Below, piece by piece: positions 54,473 through 61,389 of a stretch of 64,000 bases of DNA. The notes under the pieces are model-generated. The model searched no databases, was not told the DNA's origin, and saw nothing but the letters and a program-made list of their open reading frames with translations. Origin of the DNA: Clostridia bacterium. GTDB lineage: Bacteria > Bacillota > Clostridia > Oscillospirales > CAG-272. Location of the stretch: assembly GCA_017503865.1 (NCBI GenBank), contig JAFVSI010000063.1, positions 10,393 to 74,392 on the forward strand. The letters are read 5' to 3'. A program made the position numbers and the translations under genes. The stretch's first letter is position 1; every line of letters begins with the position of its first letter.

Positions 54473-54840
54473 AGGTTAAATTCCTTTCGTGTATTTATTT
54501 CGGCAACTCCGTTGAGAATCATCGACTCCCAATCGTCATCGTCGTATTTGTGTTTTTGTTCTTCTAATTGATAGAAGAGCTGTCTTTCTGCTTGCTGATG
54601 TATCTTCCATTCTGGTGCAGATACATTGGAGCAATTTGGCGGATCAATAAATTCGCCGTAGTATGTTGCGTTCGTTGGCATTCGAACGAAATCATCTACC
54701 AAGTCATCGAGCGTGGTGATCGACTCATAAGTATGGTTGAGTATTCCTCGAACCATTGAGCTTAGAGCATCTACGGAAACCCCGAATGCCTCAGAGACTT
54801 GTTGTATCATATCAGCAAATGGTTCTATATCAATCGGCAT
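54349..54840 (-). CDS. hypothetical protein containing a WESMILNG motif
   Basis: 163-aa ORF. The last 52 codons overlap the alternative start of the next gene. Confidence 0.5.
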   Translation of the reverse strand: MPIDIEPFADMIQQVSEAFGVSVDALSSMVRGILNHTYESITTLDDLVDDFVRMPTNATYYGEFIDPPNCSNVSAPEWKIHQQAERQLFYQLEEQKHKYDDDDWESMILNGVAEINTRKEFNLCQPEIQTRLTLTEDQSSSPQMFLRQNKSFSKLYSAESLLI

Positions 54841-55123
54841 TTTGTACTCCTTCGAGGATCATCTCTTCCCACGATGCGGGATCTTCGACGACTTCTGGCT
54901 CTTCATCGGGTTCGAGAAAAGCCTTGACGTCCAATGCTCTGCATCTCAGGGTTAGCGAAGCGCTTGCTTCTCCCGTAAAGACAACCCTTCTATCGGCAGT
55001 ATAAACTTCTTCGCTATCTCTCGATAGTTCGATTGAGCCAAGCTCTTTAAGTTCTATCTCGTAGCAAATCCCTTTGTCGTCATAAAGAGCTAAAATTCCT
55101 TTAGTCGGTTGTCTTGGCGACAT
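54830..55123 (-). CDS. hypothetical protein ending in a WEEMILEG motif
   Basis: 97-aa ORF with an acidic C-terminus. Confidence 0.5.
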   Translation of the reverse strand: MSPRQPTKGILALYDDKGICYEIELKELGSIELSRDSEEVYTADRRVVFTGEASASLTLRCRALDVKAFLEPDEEPEVVEDPASWEEMILEGVQNAD

Positions 55124-55125
55124 CG

Positions 55126-55698
55126 TTACTTCCTCGTTTCTTCCAAAAGATTGGACGAGATGATGTCAGCAACACTGAGTAGTGTTACGAGCTTCGACAT
55201 ATCCTGAGCTTTGCTCAAGCCGTAATCTCCGCCCTTGACTGCTGCATCGAATCCACTCATATGCCAGCGGATTGCAAGCAACTCGTCCATTGTGAGCTTG
55301 ATGTACCACTGAAGGATGATACAGCTCTTTTCGCCGTGACCGAGAGGAACCTTTTCGTCCACTTCCCAAACGGCTTTGGCAACCCACATTCCGTCTTCCT
55401 TGACGTTGCGGGTGCCTTGTTTGTAGTAGTTAATCTTGCAAACATCGTGGAATAGGGAAGCGATTGCGAGAGACTCGCGAGAGATGCTTCCATCACCGTA
55501 AATCTCATAGAGTTTTACGAGCTGTTCGAAGACGTTGATTGAGTGCTCACACAGACCACCAGCGTAATTGCCGTGGAATCGTGTGCTTGCCGGAGCATCG
55601 TAGAAGTCAGACTTCTCAAGCCACGCGAGCAACTCATCAAGTCCTTCGCGATGTATTTCCTGTTTGCAGATTGAAATGAATTTTTCTTTTAAATTCAT
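55126..55698 (-). CDS. HD-domain phosphohydrolase
   Basis: H...HD pattern: FHGNYAGGLCEHS ... LFHDVCK ... GHGEKS. Confidence 0.8.
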   Translation of the reverse strand: MNLKEKFISICKQEIHREGLDELLAWLEKSDFYDAPASTRFHGNYAGGLCEHSINVFEQLVKLYEIYGDGSISRESLAIASLFHDVCKINYYKQGTRNVKEDGMWVAKAVWEVDEKVPLGHGEKSCIILQWYIKLTMDELLAIRWHMSGFDAAVKGGDYGLSKAQDMSKLVTLLSVADIISSNLLEETRK

Positions 55699-55707
55699 AT
55701 TCCCTCC

Positions 55708-55725
55708 GTGTCTAAATATGGTTTG
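55708..55725 (+). promoter_or_regulatory. GTGTCTAAATATGGTTTG box abutting the SD of the HD gene
   Basis: Minus strand reads CAAACCATATTTAGACAC-GGAGGGAAT-ATG. Confidence 0.5.
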
Positions 55726-55756
55726 AAATTGTTAAAAATAAAGAGATTTTTCTGCA

Positions 55757-56302
55757 TCAAAGATGACTTTGATTGAGATATTTTTCAAGCCATTCGTCGA
55801 ATAATTCATCGGCGCAAGCTCTTATGCGACGTTCCTCGGATTTCGAGATGCTCTTATCAAAAGCCTGTGCCCATTTCTGAGCACGTTCCTGTGCAAAGAA
55901 ATCTCTGATCTCCATCAGAATCTTGCCGAGCTTGTTGTTTCCTTCGCCGTCGCATACGCCCCATTCTTTGTCGCCCCAATCGTTTCCTTCGATTAGTTCA
56001 GCGGGAGCAGTAGCGAGGAGCCGTTCCATAAGGTCGTAGTTCTGGAAGAACTTTGCAAAGCAAACTCTTCTCATTACATCTTCCTTAACAGCTTCCCAGT
56101 CGGGGCGAAGTTTAACTCTTCTGCCGAGTCGTTTAGCTTCCGATGGATTAAGGGAAGAGAACGAAGATGCAACCTCGGGACACTTCATTGCTTGGAACGC
56201 AGCTTCATTGTTCTTGTATGTAATACCTCTGTAGGTTACATCAGCAGAATAGAAGTTGCTAAGGAAGAAGTACTCTCCCTTAAATTCTGAAATAGGTTTC
56301 AT
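55757..56302 (-). CDS. NADAR (YbiA/DUF1768) family protein
   Basis: FLSNFY, NNEAAFQAMK, W..VKEDVMRRV..AKF.QN..L...LL.T....L.EGN..GD..WG and GNNKLGKILMEIR align along E. coli YbiA as recalled. Confidence 0.85.
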   Translation of the reverse strand: MKPISEFKGEYFFLSNFYSADVTYRGITYKNNEAAFQAMKCPEVASSFSSLNPSEAKRLGRRVKLRPDWEAVKEDVMRRVCFAKFFQNYDLMERLLATAPAELIEGNDWGDKEWGVCDGEGNNKLGKILMEIRDFFAQERAQKWAQAFDKSISKSEERRIRACADELFDEWLEKYLNQSHL

Positions 56303-56487
56303 CACCGTACCTCCTGTATTCTTGACTTGCACAAAGGCAAAATGCATTTGCGCTTTTTCTTAGGTTTAGGTGTCTTTACAGTTGGGAATTTCGCAACGGC
56401 TGGAGCCGTCGGTGGAGAGTTTTCACACACAGGGCACACCAATCTTCCCTCGGGTATGATTTCTCCACAAGAAATGCATCTGTTCAT
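56302..56487 (-). CDS. small zinc-ribbon protein
   Basis: CISC-x11-CPVC followed by a Lys/Pro-rich tail. TGATG coupling to the NADAR gene. Confidence 0.5.
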   Translation of the reverse strand: MNRCISCGEIIPEGRLVCPVCENSPPTAPAVAKFPTVKTPKPKKKRKCILPLCKSRIQEVR

Positions 56488-56762
56488 TACTTCAAAAGGT
56501 TCTCGAAGTTGGCAATGATCTTGCCGTTGTTAGCCTCAAGATTATCGTAGAACTTGTTTTCCTCTGCAAGCTCTTCCATCTTCTTGGTGTTGGCTGCTTT
56601 CTCGGATGCAATCTCGGAGGAAGCATCCTTGAGAGTGTTAATGATTGTGCGGATTGCGGTTACCGCGCCGGTGGATTTCGCCTCAAGCTTCTCCTTTGCT
56701 GTCTGGGGTGCGGCAACGGTCTTCTTGCTGAATAGGGATTTGAGTTTCGTAAGAATTGACAT
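56487..56762 (-). CDS. hypothetical coiled-coil protein
   Basis: 91-aa ORF. Confidence 0.5.
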   Translation of the reverse strand: MSILTKLKSLFSKKTVAAPQTAKEKLEAKSTGAVTAIRTIINTLKDASSEIASEKAANTKKMEELAEENKFYDNLEANNGKIIANFENLLK

Positions 56763-56793
56763 ATTCTTCTCCTTATGTATTGATGTTGTTTGG

Positions 56794-57054
56794 TTACTCG
56801 CTTACGAGTATGCAGTTGACGGAATTAACTAAGTACGTCGTGCCGTCTTTCGATGTGATTTGGATTTGCTCGCCGTCGTAATCGTCCCACTTTTGGATTT
56901 CGATTTTTTCACAGGTTCCGTCGGGAAACTGAACGAGCGCATAATCGAATTTGTAGGTAGTATCAAATATCTGCTTGTTGCCGCAAGATGCGAGTGTCAA
57001 CAGAAGACTTACTACGAGAACGACTGCAAGAATTAGTCCAATAATTCTTTTCAC
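56794..57054 (-). CDS. lipoprotein (GTG start)
   Basis: Signal peptide with lipobox LTLASC. AAAGGAG RBS. Confidence 0.7.
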   Translation of the reverse strand: MKRIIGLILAVVLVVSLLLTLASCGNKQIFDTTYKFDYALVQFPDGTCEKIEIQKWDDYDGEQIQITSKDGTTYLVNSVNCILVSE

Positions 57055-57070
57055 GCTACTGGCTCCTTTC

Positions 57071-57088
57071 GTTTCTAAATATGGTTTA
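57071..57088 (+). promoter_or_regulatory. GTTTCTAAATATGGTTTA box abutting the SD of the lipoprotein gene
   Basis: Minus strand reads TAAACCATATTTAGAAAC-GAAAGGAG. Confidence 0.5.
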
Positions 57089-57106
57089 TATACACATTAA
57101 AAAATA

Positions 57107-57124
57107 GTGTCTAAATATGGTTTA
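57107..57124 (+). promoter_or_regulatory. GTGTCTAAATATGGTTTA box at the predicted +1 of the 57124-57152 promoter
   Basis: Immediately downstream (in the direction of transcription) of the TATAAT at 57124-57129. Confidence 0.5.
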
Positions 57125-57152
57125 TTATACCACATAATTTAGGAAAAGTCAA
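57124..57152 (-). promoter_or_regulatory. sigma-70-type promoter (TTGACT-17-TATAAT, TGn extended -10)
   Basis: Minus strand reads TTGACT-TTTCCTAAATTATGTGG-TATAAT. Confidence 0.7.
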
Positions 57153-57185
57153 TAGGTTTTGCAAAACTTTTCCTAAAAAATATGG

Positions 57186-57824
57186 TCAGCGGAACAGGTA
57201 AGGGTACTGTGCTTTTAAGCGTTCCATTTCTTCTGTCTGTTTCGCTTGTTCTTGCCACTCAGACTCACGAACACCCGTCTTGGTGAACGCAAACCCAAGC
57301 TCATCCATTCGCTTGCGAGTGATTTCACTCAATAAGTAGCGATAGGTTGCTTCAAGAGTCGAGGCTCTAACGCTATGCTTATTACCGTAGAACGTATATC
57401 CTTTGGTGATAATGTAAGAGTGGCGTATACGATCCATTGTTGTTGGGCTATCTCCACCTTCAAGTGGTTTGTTCTTAAACCCACGCTCGGCAACGAACAA
57501 TTCATCCTGTCGGCATTCTTCTGTTCGTTGTGCGATAAATTCCTCTCGTGTCGAACACCCTCGCCACTGAAAACTGAAAGGGCAGTAAGCAACGCCGTAT
57601 TCATCAAAGAGAAGTAGTAAGCGCGGATAGAGTTCTCCAACCGGAATGCTTTCCGAATTAAGCTGTGAAGACACCTCGGCTTCAACCTTTTGGTATATTT
57701 CTTTTTCGAGGACTAAGTTCGTCCTCGTCTTGTCTTGGTATTCTTTTTTCTTAGCTTTCCTATCGCCTACTTGACATCCCCACACAATCAAGAAGACGAT
57801 AACAGCAATTAGTGCTAACGTCAT
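57186..57824 (-). CDS. N-terminally membrane-anchored hypothetical protein
   Basis: TM helix MTLALIAVIVFLIVWG. 212 aa with its own consensus promoter. Confidence 0.55.
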   Translation of the reverse strand: MTLALIAVIVFLIVWGCQVGDRKAKKKEYQDKTRTNLVLEKEIYQKVEAEVSSQLNSESIPVGELYPRLLLLFDEYGVAYCPFSFQWRGCSTREEFIAQRTEECRQDELFVAERGFKNKPLEGGDSPTTMDRIRHSYIITKGYTFYGNKHSVRASTLEATYRYLLSEITRKRMDELGFAFTKTGVRESEWQEQAKQTEEMERLKAQYPYLFR

Positions 57825-57856
57825 ATTAAATTTTCCTTTTCTTAATTGGTGGATAC

Positions 57857-57885
57857 ATTATACCACAAATTGGGTTAGATGTCAA
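57857..57885 (-). promoter_or_regulatory. consensus sigma-70-type promoter (TTGACA-17-TATAAT, TGn)
   Basis: Minus strand reads TTGACA-TCTAACCCAATTTGTGG-TATAAT, upstream of the 57824 start. Confidence 0.75.
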
Positions 57886-57897
57886 GGCAACCGTAGG

Positions 57898-58149
57898 TTA
57901 AGCAACGGGTGCTACGCTGAAAGAAGTAATCTGCTTTTTGCGGACAAAGGTGTAACTGCTTCCGCCGGAGCAGATCTTGACTGTACGGTTTAACGGATTG
58001 TTCCAAATACGCACGAAATCCTCAGGAGAGAGAACAGAAGGAACCTTCAGTACGGAGCCATTCGTGAGAATGAACTCAATGGTACTTGCGGGCTTCAGGT
58101 TCTTTACAACCTCGGAGTCGATTGTCAATGTCATCTGGGATAGATTCAT
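57898..58149 (-). CDS. hypothetical protein
   Basis: 83-aa ORF with a GGAGG RBS. Confidence 0.5.
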   Translation of the reverse strand: MNLSQMTLTIDSEVVKNLKPASTIEFILTNGSVLKVPSVLSPEDFVRIWNNPLNRTVKICSGGSSYTFVRKKQITSFSVAPVA

Positions 58150-58160
58150 TGAATTCCTCC

Positions 58161-58177
58161 ATTCTAAATATGGTTTA
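58161..58177 (+). promoter_or_regulatory. ATTCTAAATATGGTTTA box abutting the SD of the 57898-58149 gene
   Basis: Minus strand reads TAAACCATATTTAGAAT-GGAGGAATTCA-ATG. Confidence 0.5.
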
Positions 58178-58188
58178 TGTTTTGCTGA

Positions 58189-58214
58189 AAATATAAAGCC
58201 GAAGCTTTATATTT
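58189..58214 (-). terminator. AT-rich hairpin with C(UUCG)G tetraloop overlapping the stop of the 58207-59115 gene
   Basis: AAATATAAAGC-TTCG-GCTTTATATTT on the minus strand. Only a short U-run follows. Confidence 0.35.
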
Positions 58215-59115
58215 CATCTTTATGGTATAGCTCAACCCAACGGTCATACTCAAGCTTGTATCCTTGAGCAACGCGGCGATTGCACTCCATATGTTTCATA
58301 ATCTTGTGTACGAGCAATTCATCCGAATTATCGTTGTAGACTATCTCAAATAATGCGTTCTTTCTTAGCTTGCGGAAGTTGAGTGCGTTGTTGCAAGTCG
58401 GGGGTATTGCGCCGTTGAAGCGCCGAATAATCTGTATAATGTGATCTTCGGTTATCGACTCACAAGTCGCAGTAGTAGCCCTAAAGAGGTAGGTGTCATC
58501 ACCCTTAAAGATGATTTTTCTACCGCTGGGCAGACCTCTGTATTCATCAAGAGAACGTAATGTCGAGATAATGTTAAACACTCGCTCGGAGATGGCAACA
58601 CGGGTACCGTCTGGCTTTGCAAGCCAAAACTCGGTATCGTTTCTCCCTACACAAAACCGGGGAAGGATAGTGATTTCCTGAGTGGTAAGTCCATACCAAC
58701 CAAGAGCCGCCACGGTTTTGATGTTTGCGAGGTCAACTCGTTTGTTATAATTGCTCAAGCGAACTTCACCGACATAATCGATGAAATCAAGTAAATTGTC
58801 CAAATCTTTGAAGTAACAGATAGTTGTCTGGGATGCAATCACATCTTCGCGAGGAGGAACTTCAGACTTCACCTTATAGTAATCAAAGAGGTTCATTAAG
58901 TAATCTTTGATTTTCAGATAGTGAGGCTTGCTTATTCCGCTTGTTTCTTGCAGATAAAATGTTTTGCACAAGAACCCTTTATCCGTCAAGGCTTCTTCGA
59001 TTGGCTTGGAGTCCAAGATAGACTCTACGTATGAAAAGAATCTGGCTACATCGTCAACTCTTTGGTCGTTGGCGTTGGGATAATACGTTGTTAAAAATAA
59101 TTTATAATCCATCAT
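58207..59115 (-). CDS. hypothetical protein; weak tyrosine-recombinase-fold resemblance without catalytic residues
   Basis: 302 aa. LGWYGLTTQEITIL sits where GLRxxEL is expected (Arg absent), and NFRKLRKNALF where HxLRHT is expected. Tentative. Confidence 0.4.
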   Translation of the reverse strand: MMDYKLFLTTYYPNANDQRVDDVARFFSYVESILDSKPIEEALTDKGFLCKTFYLQETSGISKPHYLKIKDYLMNLFDYYKVKSEVPPREDVIASQTTICYFKDLDNLLDFIDYVGEVRLSNYNKRVDLANIKTVAALGWYGLTTQEITILPRFCVGRNDTEFWLAKPDGTRVAISERVFNIISTLRSLDEYRGLPSGRKIIFKGDDTYLFRATTATCESITEDHIIQIIRRFNGAIPPTCNNALNFRKLRKNALFEIVYNDNSDELLVHKIMKHMECNRRVAQGYKLEYDRWVELYHKDEI

Positions 59116-59134
59116 AACTTTATACCTCCTTGTT

Positions 59135-59163
59135 ATTATACAACATATTTAGACCTTTGTCAA
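59135..59163 (-). promoter_or_regulatory. consensus sigma-70-type promoter with a GTCTAAATATG box in the spacer
   Basis: Minus strand reads TTGACA-AAGGTCTAAATATGTTG-TATAAT, then AGGAGG and the ATG at 59115. ~34 nt are near-identical to the int promoter. Confidence 0.75.
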
Positions 59164-59229
59164 GAGATTGTATAATAAAAATTTATGTATAGAGTAGGAA
59201 ATATGGGCGGAGGTATTTATTCCGATAGA

Positions 59230-59589
59230 TTACGAATTGGACTTAATGATCGCCAGCAAAAGTCTGGTCTTTTCCTCGTCCGTAAGATGAACGTTAAACT
59301 CAATCATTCCGTCCGTTATGTATGGGGTATATGTTCTTACGGCATCGTCGTCTTCATCAACGTAGACAACAGCACTTACGAACACATTGTTATTGGTGAG
59401 GTGAATCACCAAAAGGGTTTCAATGATGGGGAAGAGAGACTCCTCAGATACTCCGCCGTCGCTCATATCGTATGAGCCGGAGAAGAAACCGTCCTCCTCT
59501 TTTTTAATTGCGCCGAGAAGGTCGGTGTCAAACACTACGTTCATCGAGAGAACGCAGTTTCTGTCAAGTTTTGCACTCGTGAATTTCAT
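59230..59589 (-). CDS. hypothetical protein
   Basis: 119-aa ORF, 2-nt gap from the upstream recombinase gene. Confidence 0.5.
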   Translation of the reverse strand: MKFTSAKLDRNCVLSMNVVFDTDLLGAIKKEEDGFFSGSYDMSDGGVSEESLFPIIETLLVIHLTNNNVFVSAVVYVDEDDDAVRTYTPYITDGMIEFNVHLTDEEKTRLLLAIIKSNS

Positions 59590-59591
59590 TT

Positions 59592-60593
59592 TTAATCTCC
59601 TGTCGTTTCTTTTTCTGACATTTTACTCTCTAAAGCATCAAGCTTGAGGACAATGTCATCTATGGTGTAATTGTTTCCTGCGATTAGGTCATGCACGTCT
59701 GTTCTTCCGAGAACGAAATCACTCACTGATACACGAGCCCTGTCGAACATCGCTTGATACGTGCCGAGATACCTCATTGTAACCCTCTGGTCGCTATGGT
59801 TAAGCAAACCTTGGATCTTGGTAATGGCATTCATATCAATGCTGGATTTATCTACACAGGCAGCGATGTTAGCAAAACTCTTTCTCATCGTGTGTGAGCC
59901 AATTACGATCGGGAGTTTTAGTGCTTTGCCCGCATCGGACAAAATCTTCCACCCATATTCCTCATACATTTTCCCCTTCGTCTTGTTGCTCTTGAAGAGG
60001 TAATCGTCCAGATCGAATTTCCATTGGATGGAATCGAAGTATTTTGTAATAGCATCTATCACGGACTCCGTGATTAAACAGTCATTTATTTTACTGGTTT
60101 TTTGTTCTATTACGTACATCCTTTCTCTGAAGGTTTTGTCCTCGTTGAGAAAGGCGCTTATTTTCAAAGAGAGTAAGTCTGAAATTCTTAAACCGAGGCT
60201 AACACCTACAGTCCACATCATCCAGTCGCGAATTCTTTTGCGTTCGAGGAAGTAATTTTGTATCGCAACGAAGTCTTCGTAAGACCGAATCGGCTCCGCC
60301 GCGTGAGCCTTTCGCTTGCCATCGCTCTTAAAATCAGTATATTCCTCGTGCTCGCCAGTTGCTTTCAGACGACGTTTTTTCGGGATAACTGTTTTGAGCT
60401 GGTGTATTGTTTGCTCAAGCTCTTCAACTTTGCGCTCTGCATCGTAGCGCAATCTTCTCTCAGTGCTTAGGTCGTTTGCTAATTGCTCTTTTTCTCGTTC
60501 AAGCCGGGCAATAGTTTGAGCTTCTGTTTCGTACATTCGATGAATTGCTTCGGCTAAATGCGGGGCAAGAGTAACCTCAACGTCATTTTGCAT
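59592..60593 (-). CDS. tyrosine recombinase with an N-terminal coiled-coil extension
   Basis: GLRISDLLSL (Arg), HTMRKSF (HxxR) and LLNHSDQRVTMRYLG (His/Tyr). The first ~70 aa are heptad-like. Confidence 0.8.
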   Translation of the reverse strand: MQNDVEVTLAPHLAEAIHRMYETEAQTIARLEREKEQLANDLSTERRLRYDAERKVEELEQTIHQLKTVIPKKRRLKATGEHEEYTDFKSDGKRKAHAAEPIRSYEDFVAIQNYFLERKRIRDWMMWTVGVSLGLRISDLLSLKISAFLNEDKTFRERMYVIEQKTSKINDCLITESVIDAITKYFDSIQWKFDLDDYLFKSNKTKGKMYEEYGWKILSDAGKALKLPIVIGSHTMRKSFANIAACVDKSSIDMNAITKIQGLLNHSDQRVTMRYLGTYQAMFDRARVSVSDFVLGRTDVHDLIAGNNYTIDDIVLKLDALESKMSEKETTGD

Positions 60594-60792
60594 TGGTTTT
60601 GTTTACCTCCTCTGTATAAATTTCTTCGAATACTCGAAGTTGATTAAATATGGCTGCCAGCATAGGGCAGTCACTGCATCTGCTTGGCGTATGTATCTTA
60701 CGGCACTCTTCAGTACCGTAATACCGACAAGTAACCATCTGATTACCCTCATCGTCGGTAATTATCTTAGTTAATGGTTGATATGTAGCCAC
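60583..60792 (-). CDS. small Cys-rich protein
   Basis: 69 aa with C-x7-C-x9-C-x2-C. Start abuts the mazF stop and the end overlaps the recombinase start. Confidence 0.5.
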   Translation of the reverse strand: MATYQPLTKIITDDEGNQMVTCRYYGTEECRKIHTPSRCSDCPMLAAIFNQLRVFEEIYTEEVNKTNAK

Positions 60793-61137
60793 TTATTGGA
60801 CTCCTATTCCTATAGATATCATCAATTTTTGATTGATGTCTTCAATCTTTTGAATGTTGATGACCTCGCCTACTTTTCTTCTAATGCGGGATTTATCAAT
60901 CACTCTGATTTGCTCGCACAAAACAGTTGATTCCTTGATAATACCACAATCACTTGGTGTCAACGGAACGTGTGTGTCCATTGACGGCTTCTGTTTAGAA
61001 GTCAAAGGGCAGATGATTGTGGTGGGGGAACAAGCGTTCCCCCGTTCATTCTGCACGATTAAAGCGGGGCGTATTCCTGATTGCTCGGAGCCAACGTGAG
61101 TGCTCAAGTCTACCAAATATATTTCGCCTCGATGCAT
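60793..61137 (-). CDS. mazF: MazF/PemK-family endoribonuclease toxin
   Basis: GEIYLVDL...GSEQSGIRPALIVQN......SPTTIICPLTS......THVPL......ESTVLCEQIRVIDKSR is the classic MazF/PemK signature. Confidence 0.85.
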   Translation of the reverse strand: MHRGEIYLVDLSTHVGSEQSGIRPALIVQNERGNACSPTTIICPLTSKQKPSMDTHVPLTPSDCGIIKESTVLCEQIRVIDKSRIRRKVGEVINIQKIEDINQKLMISIGIGVQ

Positions 61138-61154
61138 CCTTGATACCGCCTGTT

Positions 61155-61379
61155 TTAAATGTTTTCTAAACTCTCGACGACATCCTTGATATCAGAGATT
61201 GCATCTTCTATTTTATCACTACACTCCTCTGACTCGCAATAATTGTCGCCGTTTTGAAGAGACTCAGGGATGTTATCCCTCGCCTCATCCTCGTCTTCCT
61301 TGATTGATTCAAGATCGTCTTTACAATCGTTCAATCTCTTAATAACGTCTTTGATTTTCTTTCTTCTCTTAACGTTCAC
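61155..61379 (-). CDS. small highly acidic helical protein (candidate non-canonical antitoxin; function unknown)
   Basis: 74 aa. DEARDNIPESLQNGD...IEDAISDI pattern recalled from uncharacterised phage proteins. Ends 17 nt upstream of mazF. Confidence 0.45.
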   Translation of the reverse strand: MNVKRRKKIKDVIKRLNDCKDDLESIKEDEDEARDNIPESLQNGDNYCESEECSDKIEDAISDIKDVVESLENI

Positions 61380-61389
61380 CGGTTTCTCC

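Noticed and set aside
59148-59176. Divergent plus-strand promoter (TATAAT at 59171-59176) overlapping the 59135-59163 promoter.
   Set aside because: The -35 region (TTTAGA/TTAGAC) is poor. The only downstream plus-strand ORF (59185-59475) is antisense to a better minus-strand gene. An antisense RNA is possible but unsupported.
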